Made by a program: the position numbers and the translations under genes
Assembly: GCA_030248215.1 (NCBI GenBank)
Contig: JASANG010001546.1
Coordinates: 496,001 to 560,000 of the forward strand
From: Enoplolaimus lenunculus
Lineage: Eukaryota
Direction of reading: 5' to 3'
Length of the DNA: 64,000 bases
The notes under the pieces: model-generated
Told to the model about the DNA's origin: nothing
The model's database searches: none
The model's input: only the letters and a program-made list of their open reading frames with translations
Part shown: positions 36,807-50,600 of the stretch, piece after piece
How the letters are laid out: the number at the start of each line of letters is the position of its first letter
How positions within the stretch are numbered: position 1 is the stretch's first letter

Positions 36807-38927
36807 TTGATGACCAAAAATTGACCGAGACCGAGACGTTATGACCGGTGTCGGTCTCAGTGTCGCTTTTGAACTGAGAATACACACGCCTGGCCAGTAG
36901 TCTAGGATTCAGGAAATGTGTTGCTTTGGTTTCAATCAGAATTCCTGCAAGAATTCAATTCCTGTTCTGTTCCTGCATTTAACGACACAGGAACCAATAT
37001 TTTTTACTGTTTTGTAGCAAACTACTCATAATCATTTATATACTGGAAATTTTTTCTTTGAAAATTTGTTATTTCGAAATGATTATGTTTCCATTAGTTC
37101 AGTTTTGTTAAACGATTTCTGCTGCGTTTTCGCAAAGTTGGATGATGAAATCGCTGAAAATTCGCTTAAGCAATTTTTTTATGTTTCATAGTTATGCAAT
37201 AATTATCAGCAGATGTTCTGAAAAACGCAAAAATAACTATGAAAAACTCACGAAAAAAGCTTAAAAATAATTTATTTTGAAAAGCTTTTTTTCTGTGATG
37301 ACCAAAAATGGAGCAAGACCGCAAAAAAGTCGACGAGCTAATTTTATTTTAAATTATAGTCAATTAACAGTAAGTACGTAGATGGTGCAATATATTTGCA
37401 ATTCCTGTTCCTGTTCCGGTATATTCCTGTTTTTGCTTCCTGTCAAATGTGGTTCGAGTTAAAAGCCGGACGTATATATAATATATTTGAGTTCGAAATT
37501 TTTGAAAAATGGAAAATGGCTTACATAAATTTTGCTCTGATGTTGCTATTTTCACGCTAGTGCTCTATACAATGTTGCAAGTAGCACTTATAAGCTATAT
37601 ACGTACATGTACGTTTGTATATAATACGTGTTAAATCGGCTTATGTGTTCTGCTGGCTAAGATAGCAGCCAGGACTGCCATTTTACAAAGGTCGTTGGTA
37701 ATTATTAATATGAATTATGATTGATTTTGATTTTCAGGCCCATATGTTAAGTTGCAGTGTTATCATTAATTTTACGTACTACGTATATTAAGGTACTTGT
37801 AGCGAACTACCGATTTGGATCTCTTGTTTTGTTATATATTTGTTTAATTGGTTTGCATTATTCTTTTGTTATTAAGATAGGCTGTAGCATAGCGTCTTTT
37901 ATTAACGGATGCATCCATGTTATACTACGTATTCATTTCAGCCTGTGCCACGTTGCAAAGCGGAAATGGATTATATCGGAATCGGAACGGCAAATTTATA
38001 TCGGAATTGTTAGCAGAACTACAATTTGTGTGGCTATACGGATAATTTGTAATAACAAATATAATATTGATTTATGGTGCGCGTTGACTAACAGAAATTT
38101 CAAAAACGTCGCATAAACAAATTCGAGATGATTTTTGGTGCTATAAAATACATCGCAATGAATCTTACAGAAAAAAGATGCAGAAGTTTTATGCAACATA
38201 TCAAAGGAAGTAGGATTAAAAATTAAATTTCGAAATTCCAATTTCGATTGACTGAGTAATAGAAATCGAAACTCGTGTTGAATCGGAATTCTAATCGCAA
38301 TCAAAATTTCGGTTGCACCACGTTTTCAGCGATAAATATCTGGTAACTGATCCAGTACATGGAATCCGATCGCACTCAGTAATTCTAATGTTGACCGTGG
38401 TGATGTGAATTTGGAATCTTGAACATTAATTCAACTTGTATTGTCTTCAATCGGCTGTACATAAACGTTATTGTAACACTTCGATAATTAATATATACGC
38501 AAATGTTTCGTTTGTATATGGTTTATATTAAGTAAATTGCATAGGTTGTCATTTGCCCAAATCCAATGAATATGTAGGTGCACTCGTACCCTTACGATGA
38601 ATGTAGTTCTGTTTACATTGTTTTTTGAGTAGTTTTTTATTATTATCACCTTGGTTGTTGTTGCTACAAATAATCCACACAGGTTCTCGAGTCTTGCATT
38701 GTGTATAATTTTATGTATTGTGCCGGTTTTGTTTGTTGTATGTTGAAACCGAATCCATTATTCGAGTTTGGAGCATCTTTTATTGGTCGTTACGTACCTG
38801 GAGCGGCTTCTTGACTAATGTTTGAAGATTGTGTTATATGGAATGTTTTGTTTTGTTTTTTATTTTATTTTATTACGGTTTTTGTTGTTGTTTTTTGTGA
38901 TGGTGTTTAGTTTTAGTGTGTGTACTG

Positions 38928-39369
38928 CAGGGTGCAACCGGAAGTCTGATTTTGATTAGAATTCCGATTCAAAACGAGTTCCTATTCCGATTAGAATATC
39001 GAGTCAAAGCGAATTCCGATTCCGATCGCACAATCAGCTCGAATTGGAATTTTGAAATTTTAATTTTAATCTTACTTTTTTGTGGTACGTTGCATAAAAA
39101 TTCTGTATTGTTTATCTCGTTCCATGAGTTGATTTATCAATAATATATTTTAGTTTAGCTTTGCAGGACCAAAAATCGCCAATCTGTTCATGCGACGTTG
39201 TTAGACAATTGTTGCCACCCAACAGATACTCTAAATCAGCGTCATATTTTTCAATGCAAATTATACGTATAGGCACAAAATTTCCTAGTTCCGATTTCGA
39301 TTACAATTCCGGTATAAATTTGCTGTTCCGATTCCGATTTGCTACAATCCAGTTCCGCTTTGCACTCTG
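38928..39369. mobile_element. hAT-like MITE (CAGGGTGCAA family)
   Basis: CAGGGTGCAAC...TTTGCACTCTG with flanks GTGTACTG/GTGTACGT. Related partial copies at ~5340-5618, ~37945-38320 and ~39590-39925. Confidence 0.75.
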
Positions 39370-40406
39370 GTGTACGTACTGTGTGCTTAATATGGAATCC
39401 TAGGTGTTGAAACAAGATTGATTTTCTAGGGCGGGCGTAGCCAACATTTTGCAAACGGGGGTGTCGTCTTGTAAAAATTTTGAAAAGTTTCTTGTACTGC
39501 CACCTGAAAAATTCCTAAGACTGATGGGATGGGCGTAGTGTCGTGCGCAGTTCGATCCATCAGTTTCAGACTAAAAGAATTTTGTCGGAATGCGGATTGA
39601 TTAAACGTAACTTTTGAAACAATCAGGAATTGAAACTACAAATTTTACGACTATACGGATAATTTAGATAAACAAGTTAATATTGATTATGGGTGTCTGT
39701 TGGCTGGCAACAATTCTCAAAAACATCGCATTTGGCTCTGTAAAACTAAACTACAATCAATTATTGATAGTTAAGTCATCGAAAACAATTTAATACATAA
39801 ATCATATAGATTTCTTAAACAACATAACAACAAGTTGGCCTAAAATTAAAATATTGAAATTCCGATTGATTGTGCAATCGAAATCGGGATTTAATTTGGA
39901 ATCGGAATTCCGATTGCATTCTGGTGCACGGTCTTTATTTTGCTTACCTGGCAGTGTAAGTTGGCTTAACTTAGTATTGATAGTTATTTTGTTTGCTTTC
40001 GCTCAGGAAGGTAAATATATCACACTGATTATTTGGAAGAATTAGGTCGCTTTTGAATAGAGTGTATATATTTGATAATTCGAAATAAAAATAAACTAAA
40101 TATATGATATATAATCTATATTATGTAAGTATATATAGCGCTTATATATCGTGAAAATGTTTGTGTGTTGCTAAATTGTATTCATGATTGTTGACAGAAA
40201 GTGTAGTTTCACCGAATGCCTGAGCTTTGAACTGAAACGTAATTGATCTTTCCGCCTGTGTTATGACAACTTAAAAGAGGTGACAATGAAGTAGTGTGAG
40301 AGGCAACAACACTGTTTGACGTTGAAATGAACCGTTATTTATTATTTATTTAGTATATTTCGTAAGTTGAATATCTGAGTGTATACGGAACTCCAGTTCC
40401 GGTTAG

Positions 40407-40877
40407 CAGGGTGCAAAGCGGAACTGATTTATACCGCAATCGCAATCGGAACAGCAAATTTGTATCGGAATTGGAACAGCAATTTATATGGGAATCGGAA
40501 CAGCAAATTTATACCGGAATCGGAATCGGAACAGCAAATTTGTTCCGGAATCGGAACTACAAATTTTGTAACCATACGGCTAATTTGTTTTAACAAGTAT
40601 AATATTGATTCAGAGTGTCTGTTCGCTGGCAATAATTCTCAAAAACGTCACATGAACAAATTGTCAATCGTTTCTTGGCCCTGTAAAGCTAAACTACAAT
40701 CAATTATTGATAAGCTAACTTATCGAAAACAATTTAATAGATAAATGATGCAGAATTTTTATACAACATATCATAATAACAAGTAAGCCTAAAATTAAAA
40801 TGTGGAAATTCCGATTCCGGTTGATTGTGCAATCGGAATCGGAATTTGTTTTGAATCGGAATTCCAATTGCACCCTA
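40407..40877. mobile_element. hAT-like MITE, 8-bp TSD CCGGTTAG
   Basis: CAGGGTGCAA...TTGCACCCTA with a perfect TSD at 40399-40406 and 40878-40885, and internal GGAATC repeats. Confidence 0.85.
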
Positions 40878-41497
40878 CCGGTTAGTATTCTAATTTAAAA
40901 TATGTCTTGAATCTGATATACGTACGTAATGTAGATTTGTTTTTGCACCCTGCCTGGTATGATTTAATATGAAAATAATCAAAATAGGCCCGGATTGTGT
41001 TCACCCAAAATGTCATACGCACAAGACAGATGCATATTCTACGTATAGATTTACTAAAACGTACTTGAGAAGATAAAATGCCATCTTAAGTTGACAGTCG
41101 AACTTAAAACTCTTACAGTAGTAAACTGTCTCATGATCGTCTGTTTGAAAATTTAACTGCAGTGCGTTTTTGTGAGCAAAAATTAAAATTTTGTTATTTA
41201 TTGCGACCCAGGCGAATGTGGATCCGAGGGGTGGCGGCGACTTAGGCAGACCGCGTTCCCACCGATCCGAAATCAAAACCGTAATTACGGTTTAGGGTTT
41301 GGTACTAAAATTGTGTTTGGATTTATGCTGGTTTGCTTGAAACCTTTAGCGCCACCGCCCTCGCTCAAGAATTTCTGGGTCCGTCACTGGATGCAGGACT
41401 AATCTGTTCAGTGTCCATTGGCTTTGTTGTTGGGATTATATATGTATGTCGTAGATGTATATATATTTTATATATCTTACGTTATGTAAATGCTTGT

Positions 41498-41582
41498 GTT
41501 GTTGTTGTTTTTGTTGTTGTTGTTGTTGTTGTTGTTGTTTTTGTTGTTGTTGTTGTTGTTGTTGTTGTTTTTGTTGTTGTTT

Positions 41583-41638
<56 letters not shown>

Positions 41639-41648
41639 GCTGCTGCTG
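41498..41648. repeat. (GTT)n microsatellite, ~150 bp, with interruptions
   Basis: Directly visible. Confidence 0.95.
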
Positions 41649-41964
41649 TGAGGGTGCAAAGGTATTAAACGATAATATTAAATTTTCGAAAAGTTTGCTC
41701 GCCCAAATGAAATTGAGTCCACCTGTGGAGTCATTTTTAACGTTGATTCTCAGTGTGAAACATTGTTTTGATGCAGGGATTCTGTGTGTATGTTGCGATG
41801 GCAGAGATGAGATGTTGTGTTATGCAGGGCAGGCAAACATATTTATCTTGTTTTTAAAGCTGGAACGCCAAACATACGTTCTGTGGACATCTCTCGAAAA
41901 GGAGAAAAATAAACAATGTTTTTGATAATGAAATACACTACCATGTTTATATATTTTTACGTTA

Positions 41965-42175
41965 AGCCCTATTGACATGTGCATGTTTTTGCTGCGAGAA
42001 CTTGCAGCTGCAACTTGCATTCTAGGGCTTTTTAATTCGCACGTTAGAACAACTTTGCAAGTTCACTGAATTTATTGCAGTCGCTTTCTCGTTGGCTGAT
42101 GATAAAACGCAAGTTCTGCGTGCAATTTGCAGCTGCAAGTTTTCGCAGCTAAAACTTACACATGTGATTGCGGCT
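41965..42175. mobile_element. Harbinger-like MITE, inverted relative of 3280-3557
   Basis: Shares TTGCAGCTGCAA repeats, the CAGCCAA.GAGAAAGCG motif and AGCCC...GGCT ends. Flanks are TTA/TCA. Confidence 0.65.
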
Positions 42176-42387
42176 TCATCGTTCTACAAGCGCGTTTGTG
42201 CGCTGATTCGCTGTTTAGTAGTGCAAAATTTTGCAACTGTAAGCTATGGTTTTTAAAAGTTTGATGTTAACCGTAGCTTTGTCATCTTGCATATTTTAAG
42301 CTTCAAAGTTGCGTTATGTAATGGCAGGTTTCGGTTTGCATATAAATAAATATATTTTAAACGCACCAAATATCGCGACACATTTGA

Positions 42388-42567
42388 GGGCCCATGTACA
42401 GAACAGGGTCGCAACGTTTTCCGCCCGGACTGTAATAGTGTAAGCTTAAGCTTTAGACTATTTTCTGCTTAGGCTTAGGTATAACTTCATTCTTACGCTT
42501 AGGCTTTAGGCTTAGGCTTAGTAATACGCTTATACTTCTGTACCGGCTGTGTTCGATACATTGGCCC
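42388..42567. mobile_element. GGGCC-ended MITE with 6-bp TSD and TTAGGC arrays, copy 1
   Basis: GGGCCCATGTA...TACATTGGCCC with TSD ATTTGA at 42382-42387 and 42568-42573. Confidence 0.75.
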
Positions 42568-43509
42568 ATTTGAGTGTTGCACATGCGTGCTACTACGTGT
42601 TTGTTAGCCCATTATTCAAATGAATGGTCTACGATGATAAATTGATGTAGCGTGTGTTTTGAATTCGTCAATGATTTGTAATGTGAAGTTTGAAAAATAT
42701 ATTACAATTTCGAAGAATTCCAGTATTAGAAAAAGCGTCAGATTAGCGATAATCGAATTAACTTTTTTCGACATCTTTTCCTTACGTACCTTGCTACTTT
42801 GAAAATTTTACGTTTAGGGGGTAAGTCCCCATTTTGCTTGTATATTAGTTTTAGGTTAACGCGAATATATTAATCTGTTATAACGCAAGGTATACACGTA
42901 CTATTTTGTACTGTCATTGTTAGTTTTTTGGCGTTTTAACGCAAGTCGAATATGAGTGTGAAAGTGGATAGCGGTATAATCGAGATCGAAACCAATTGCG
43001 ATAACACTGAAGTGACAGTGCAAAACAGGGTCAGTTGTTATTTGTAGTAATTTAATGGATGGTATGTTTAGTGTTATTACGTTTTATTTTGTGAAATATT
43101 AACACAGTACCGGTTGCTGCCGAGTACTTGTCGTAAAGAGCCGCGAACATCAGGGTATTTTTCAAATGTGGTCCCAGAAGATGTTCAAAGGCCTTTGCTT
43201 AAGCAGTTACCCCAATGGTCCATCGAGTATCCGGTTACAGACAATTTTATATTTGGTACATGAACATATATATGACCAAATTAGCATATTTCATAATGAC
43301 TTCTGTACGAAATGACAGAAATAAACACTTCAAGAAATCCAGTTAACACTAAAATTTGTTAAATATATATCAGATTCAATGTCCGGTTCCGGTACAATTA
43401 TGTTTTAATATCCGGATGCACCATGACAGCTGGTTAATTATTAAAAATTAGTTTACACGCAAAATTACGCATATTGTTTTAGTATTTTAAAAATTTGCAT
43501 ACGTTTATG

Positions 43510-43870
43510 TCTGTAGCTCAAGCCGTAGTTCAGCCTAATTCCGAATTGGGCTAGTCCAGTACAGAATTACGACTTGGGCTAGTCCATGGTGTAATTCTTT
43601 CTTTGCTACAAACGCACGCCTTGTGTTTGGTTACTACTTTAATGCCGTACGTATTCAAATACGATTAGCGGATGCGAACACTCTCTTATGATTGGCTATG
43701 TAATCAGTTTGATTTACTAAGCTAATTTGCCGCTATGAAGTAAGAGGTAACCAATCAGAAAACGCACAGCTTTACCTGATATGATTTCGCATTGGACTAG
43801 TCCAAGCCGTAATTCCGCTTTTGACTAACCCAATTCGAAAGTGTGCTGAATTATGACTTGTGCTAAGATA
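43510..43870. mobile_element. Foldback-type MITE with long imperfect TIRs
   Basis: TAGCTCAAGCCGTAGTTCAGC..GAATTGGGCTAGTCC is mirrored by GACTAACCCAATTC..GCTGAATTATGACTTGTGCTA. Confidence 0.6.
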
Positions 43871-44584
43871 TATACCGTTCCCTAATGAATTTAAGCTGCA
43901 CTATTGTTTTAAACGCTTATTTGAATTATGTATATTTTTAAGCTGATTTACTGGTACGTGTTCATTAAGTTTGTATTTCTGTTCTCGATATCGCTGCGGT
44001 GCCTTTGAACTCAATGGGGGGGCGGTGTTGGGTTGATGAAAGTTACTTGAATTTAGATTTTAAATTTTAAAACACAGAAATTAGAATAAGGCAAGACGAC
44101 AAAAAATGAACGCTCCCCCATGACTCGACTAATTTGCTACATTTGAGTTGTTTATAAAATAGTTGTATGTACGTATGTGATTATACATCTCAATCTATAC
44201 GTATATATAATGGCTAATTCCATTGAAAAAGCGTAGTTTATTTTTTTCGAAACTCAGTTCTCTATTGACGGAATGTTTAGTTGTTGTCGATTTTAGCTTT
44301 TTGTGGAATTTCAATGTTTATTTTTGTGTATATTCGATATCGTTGAAGTAAAACGTACGATTTTGTTTATATATCGCTGTATTATTGCTATATTTGGGTC
44401 ATTTTAGGTAGCATGGGCGTATGTAGGGTTCTCGACAAGGATTAGGTTTTATAAAAAAATTCAAAGACTGCGGTCTTGTGTTGTGGTACAAACGAAAAAG
44501 GTTGGCCCATGAACGCCGCATTGGCATGACTGCCCCTCTGCTAAGTAGATACATATCCTTATTATGCGTACGTATATATCAGAG

Positions 44585-44957
44585 CAGGGTGGCATCGAAT
44601 CCACGATTTGACCGAATCCGAATCCAAATCCAGTGCTAATTTGCCGAATCCGAATCCTGCATGTTGCAAATTTCAGATATATCTATAATTTGTTTCAGAA
44701 TATCAACGCAATGCCAGCCGTATAACTTTTAATACGTTAATATATTTCGTCCCGATGTCAGTTCTGTGATTTCTCACCTGAAATAAAAAATATTGATTTT
44801 TTATAGCAAGGTATTTAAAAATTTTATTGCTTAAAAATTAAAAACATTGCCGAACTTTGTTAGATTCGGCTTTTGGATTCGGCTTTTCCACAACCGGATC
44901 CGAATCCGAGCCTCAAATTTTTGTCCAATCCGAATCCGAACCCTTGTTGCCACCCTG
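44585..44957. mobile_element. hAT-like MITE, 8-bp TSD TATCAGAG, inserted in the terminus of another MITE (to ~45392)
   Basis: CAGGGTGGCA...TGCCACCCTG with a perfect TSD at 44577-44584 and 44958-44965. Confidence 0.85.
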
Positions 44958-45945
44958 TATCAGAGTGCAACCGGAATTCGGCTTCCGGCATTTTTTGACT
45001 TCGGTTCCGGTTGCGGTGAATTTTTACTGGAAAAGAAAGTTGCGGTATTAAATTTTGGTCGGTGGAAATTAAAAGATATATATTTTACTAAAAAATGACG
45101 ATAAAAATTAATAAGATTTCATTTGTATACGTAGTATATAAACTTTGGCCATCGCCGAAAATAAACCGTCGAAGGTAGATTTCGCTTCCGTGGCTTGTCA
45201 AAATTTAGAATACAGCAGATAAAGTGAATATCTATCTCCAACTAAGGGTTATTTCACCAATAATATTGCAAAAAAAAAGAAAATTGAAATAAATTTTTTG
45301 GTGGCATGTACGCATTTTCAATTTTCCAGTTCCGTTTCCGGTAATTTTTTCAAATTCCGGTTCCGACAAATTGTAATTCTGATTGCGCCCTGAATTATAT
45401 ATATTATACGTTACGTACTATTGTACGTTAAAATATATATTATGTGTACGTATTAAATAATTAATTAAAAAGCAGTTTGCACGAATTGATTGCAATGGAT
45501 GGATGAATGGATTAGCTACAGTATTTTATAAAGTTGTTTGGTGTTTTTAAGGATTTGTCAGTGTTGAAAGTTTTTGGTTTTTATATGTTTTTAGTGTAAG
45601 TACGTAGCTTATTATTTTAAATTGCAATGAGTTGAAAAATAGCGTTTCGCAGTTATTAATTGAACACAGCGTAGTTGAAACCAGAGTTGAATGTCGACGT
45701 TAATGAACCGGACGGATTTCAGTTGAGAAAAATTCGTTTAAAAGCTACTTATATACGTATTTGATTGTGTTTAGCCGTTTTTTTCAATCTGACCGCAAGC
45801 CGTGATTTGTGTTTGTAATAGACAGGGTATAGCCGAAAATGCCATGGTGAATATATGAGAAATTTTCGAGCTTTTATTGAACCAAACACGCAGGGATTTG
45901 GATAATGATTTTAAATTAACTACGATTTTTGTACATGAAACACGT

Positions 45946-46053
45946 ATGAACTGTGACGAAGTTGAATTTTACAAGCTGGTAAAACAATTTCAACAACAGC
46001 ATCGGTCTCGTCGACCTCAGTTTTGGGACTCAAGGTTGTATGAAGTTAATCGA
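45946..46053 (+). CDS. Candidate proximal first coding exon of the septin
   Basis: ATG...36 codons (MNCDEVEFYKLVKQF..YEVNR), then GTGAGT in phase 0. Confidence 0.35.
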
Positions 46054-46077
46054 GTGAGTGCAATGTATAACGAGTAT

Positions 46078-46281
46078 GTGCGCATGTAAAGATCAGGGGC
46101 GGAGCGTTTTTCTGTGAGACTAGAAAAGAGTAAGCTTAAGCTGTAGACTAATTTTTTTGCTTGGCTTAGGCTTAGGAATATGCTCATTCTTACGCTTAGG
46201 CTTAGGCTTAGGCTTACGCTTAGACGTAGGCTTAAGAATATGCTTATAATACTGGTCCGCCCCTGTTCTTTACATTGGCCC
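46078..46281. mobile_element. GGGCC-ended MITE with 6-bp TSD and TTAGGC arrays, copy 2
   Basis: ATGTAAAGATCAGGGGCGGA / TCCGCCCCTGTTCTTTACATTGGCCC inverted ends, with TSD GAGTAT at 46072-46077 and 46282-46287. Confidence 0.75.
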
Positions 46282-47681
46282 GAGTATGCATATATACGTT
46301 TCGGTCATATTTTTTGCATGCTTCTAACGTTTTATTGAAGTTATAATATACACCCAGAGTGAGATGTGGGTAAGGATTTTGTTTCCCAACCCGCGCTTTA
46401 CCCGTTCAAATCAGAATTTATGTTTACCCGCGGTTTACCCACGCTAAAAAGATCTACCCATGATCCATCGTTTACTCGGGTGGGAAGTATGACCAGTATA
46501 TTAAAAATCGCTGGTGATTTGCTCGTCAATGAAGTGTTGCGTTATAGCTCGAATGAATTTTACATCTGAAAACTTACTAGAAACAGTAAATTTTCAAACC
46601 CAACTAAATAAAGCACAGAACTTTTGCTTCTTTTTCGACGCTCATAGCGTGTATATATTATGTTTGACACCTTAACTCTTAAAGGTTTGGCGAGGGAATC
46701 AACTGTCAATTTTTTTACCCGCGGTTGAAATTTTCACCCGACCCCCGGGTACAGTACCGCTCTATATGTACCTCTATTATATTATATATGTATGTATGTT
46801 ACTAAATAAATCTTAATGTAAAATTTTGGGTTTGATTCCTATTAGGGTCGCTCTCTGCCTCTTCCAGGGCGAACCTGCTAGGATTCGCAAATGCTATTTG
46901 AATTCGGGCTTATGGTTCTTCTCAAGCAAAATATTGTGTATCTGTATCGTAGGTGTGAATGTGTATCAGTAAAAGAAATATTTGAGCTCATTTTGCACTG
47001 GCTTATGTGACTGTCGGACGGGGTGACATTTGATTGACATGTATTTGTTGTTTAAACGCGTGGGGTAACAGGGGTTTTGTAGGGTATTTGTGGTGAACGG
47101 CGAGACGACTCTGTCGTGTGCACTGAATTGACTCTGTTATATATACGTACGTATTGATGTTTTGAATGACATAAATGAGAAACGGATGTTTTCAGTCCGT
47201 GTACGGATTCTGTGTCTGTATCTGGTCCATGCATCCGGTATAAACCTACCGGGTACCGGATATTTGCTTGATTTTGGTTGAGATACAAAGTTGAAAATAG
47301 ATAATGTTTTTGCTCTAACGTGTTTTCTACAGTTTTTATGCCATGTTTAGACCGGGTAAAGATTGTTGTAAGGAGAACGTTTAAATTTGGGGCGCGTAAT
47401 TCTTCAGTTCAAAGACACGTAAGATACCAGATTCCAGTTTCCGAACCTGATTCACATAAGAGTAAAATTTTGGGTTCGAATTGAACGGAGAGCAAAAAAT
47501 GTGCAACAACAAACACTGGACATCAGTGTTCGAACAGGAAGTAAATTTTGTCGGAACAGGAACAGGAATTCCGGTTGAACGCTGTTAGACGTATACATAG
47601 TGCGCTATAAGATTGCCGGCGTTGGAAATGGTTCAATTACTTCGATTAGATGACATAAATTGTGTTCGTTTGCGTTTGCAG

Positions 47682-50600
47682 GTATCTGCGTTACAGTCAC
47701 GTCGTGAAGCGTTTTTCAAAGAACAACCAGTTCCGCCGACAATGCCTTCGTCAAATGGCGCTTTGATGGGTGCCGCCGCCGCGTCGTCTCATGTCGGTTC
47801 CGGTGGAAAGACAGCACCGTTGGCCAATGGAGAATCGATGAATATTAGAGACCATAGTAGGTTGAAGTGTTGTGTTGTAGATGCAAGCTTGAGCGTATTT
47901 GCCAAAATTTTGAAGCGACTTTGTTCATTTGAGTGGTTTTTGGAAAAAAAGTCGGCGAAATGAAACTTCAGCCTAATTCACCTAATGTATCACAGGTGAT
48001 GGCTGTGTGAAATGTATATCGCAGTGAAGGGTTTCTAATCATCTGTATATTACAGGTAAAAAACTAAATTAGAAATCACCCTCTATTGATTGTTGTAGGG
48101 GGTGTCAGCAGGGTGCAAAGCGGAACTAGATTATACCGGAATCGGAAATAGAAATTTTGTGACTACACGGAGAATTTGCATTGGCAAGTATAATGTTGAT
48201 TTAGGGTGTCGGTTGGCTGGCAACAATTTGCAAACAGGTTGCATGAACAAGTCGGCGGTGATTTTTGTGTCTGCAGAGCTAAATTACAATTTATTATTGA
48301 TAAGTTAACGCATAGAAAGTAATAAAATAGATAAATGATACAGAATTCTTATGCAACATATCGCAACAAATAGAATTAAAATTAAAATTTCAAAATTCCG
48401 ATTTCAACTGATTGTGCAATCGGAATCCGAATCGGAACTCGTTTTGAATCGGAATTTTAATAGAAATCGGAATTCCGGTTGTTCCTTGGATGTCAGTTCC
48501 TGGTGGTTAATAAATGTGTGTATCAAGTGATGTTTCCGCGCCTGTAGCCAGACGAGTGCCAGTGGTGCTTTAATCCCCCTGAATACTTTTTCACCCTTGT
48601 AGGAAAGTTTTAAATTTGCTGGTAAATCATCGAAAATCCTTGTATGCCCCTCTTGAAAATTTTCCACCCCTTCTAAGCAAGGAAAGCTGTCTACGAGCTT
48701 GAATATTTTCTTGGGTTGGATGTATATGTAAACAATAATAACCTCACAATTAGGCGAGTCGTATACAAACGTACTTCCTCAGTTTTACTCTTCAAAGAAA
48801 CGACTACAATTCAATTTGAGAGTTGTTGCGTCTGGTGTCAATGCTACCGTTTACACGCTGTCTGCAACCGCTATAATGGGTTTAGGTTTAGGCTACACTG
48901 CGATACGAGTATTGTGGGTCTTACGCTGTGGTACGTATGCAATTTGAAATTTGTGGGCCAGCAGGAATAAAAAACTGTAGGATCCTTATATGAGGGGTAT
49001 ACATTCTCGAAATGAAATCGTCGTTACACCCCTGTACTTATTATATTATAATTTGGTACAGACAAACTTCAGCATAAGTATATATGTGTAGTGTTGTGGT
49101 CATGTCAGTATCCATCGGTCATTCATTTATTGATCTCATACGCACTAATGGGAGCCGTATATACTTGAATATCCAAACGCTACGGAGGTTATGCGTCAGT
49201 GGTAATTAATAGTCGGGTAAGAACGCCAAGTTGTCGCGGGTGGATGGATTGCTGGCTAACGCTGGTGCTGTCCTATGACGGACGATGTTTTTAGATAAAA
49301 AAGTGTTGCTTACAAATTGTTATTCGGTGTCATGCGAAAATAACCCGTGTGTAAAATTTGTTAAAAGAATAGCGCCGTTGAAGGAAGCTGAACAGTGGGT
49401 ACAATATTATGCTTAGAGATTGCGGTAACATAGAGTTAAAGGCACTACCGAAGCCAAATATTTTTGACACTGGGTCTGAACTGGGATTAGATTTAAAATG
49501 TGTATATTATATACGTATTAGAGTTTTATTGTATTTGGCTGTATATAAATAACGAACGTCGTTTTTATTAAGCCAGTTGCCATAAAATCATTTTGCCTGA
49601 ATAGTGTTTACGTAACGGTTTGAAAATGATAATTGTTCAATTTCGACGTTACTTTGAAGGCAGGAAGTAGTAAATTTTTGCTTGCTGGCTGGCTCACGTG
49701 TCCGGTCAATCAGGTTGAGTGTGTTTGACTATTTGCAGTAGTTGCAGTATTTATTGATATCCTGCTGTGAGAGAGGTCAAGCGTAATAGCAAGCTATACG
49801 TTTTAATATATTGTATAATAAGCTGTAAGCTGCAAGGCATATTATATGTAGCATAAAGCTGGGTCACACTGGATATATACAGATATATGCCAGTAAGGGA
49901 TAATGGATCGTATGTATGTATGCTTTCAAAGCAAGCTTATTATGCGGTAAATATGTATTTATGAGGGGGTGTTCAGTGTTTGAAGATTGCCGAATGATCA
50001 TAAGGCTGGTTTCGATATGGATCTGCTCAATGTAGAGGTGTCCATCCAAATATTTACGCCAAGGCCCGTTTAGGAATTAAATAAAAAAGTTGAACCTGTT
50101 TTTCAACCAGTGTAGGTTATATATTGTGTCCAAACCTGAAGCTCCGTAACACATATACTTAGGATTAAGTGTGGGACAACCTGATTTATGTCTAAGTTTA
50201 ATAGACGTTTTCGTTAAGCCTAAATTTTAAATGTGTGGGACAGTGTACAAGAGCCGTTGTAATTCAGTATATACGTAATTTGTTTATCTAAGCCTTTCCG
50301 TAAAAGTGGGTTTAAAGCTAAGCTTAAATGTTGACCTTAAATTACGAAGGGGGGGGGTTTAACAGCCTTTGAAAACCTAATCATTTGAGTAAAGTTTCAA
50401 GCCTTTGTAATTCATCAGTTCTATTGTACACACAGGGTCATCCAATCATATGGCGAACGGTCATCATGCGACCACTGCCGGCACAGCAATCGCTGCTGAA
50501 TCGAATGGTATCTCGTCGACAACGTCTTCAACACATCATTCAGGATTCGGTGGTGGAAAATCGCAATTGCAATCATCCGCTGCTACACCACCGCAAACAT

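Noticed and set aside
37757..40744. ORFs with PEPE/ESES/GIGT repeats
   Set aside because: Translations of GGAATC/CCGGTT subrepeats inside the hAT-like MITEs, with no transposase motifs.
41333..41925. Poly-Val/poly-Cys/poly-Asn ORFs
   Set aside because: Artefacts of the (GTT)n microsatellite.
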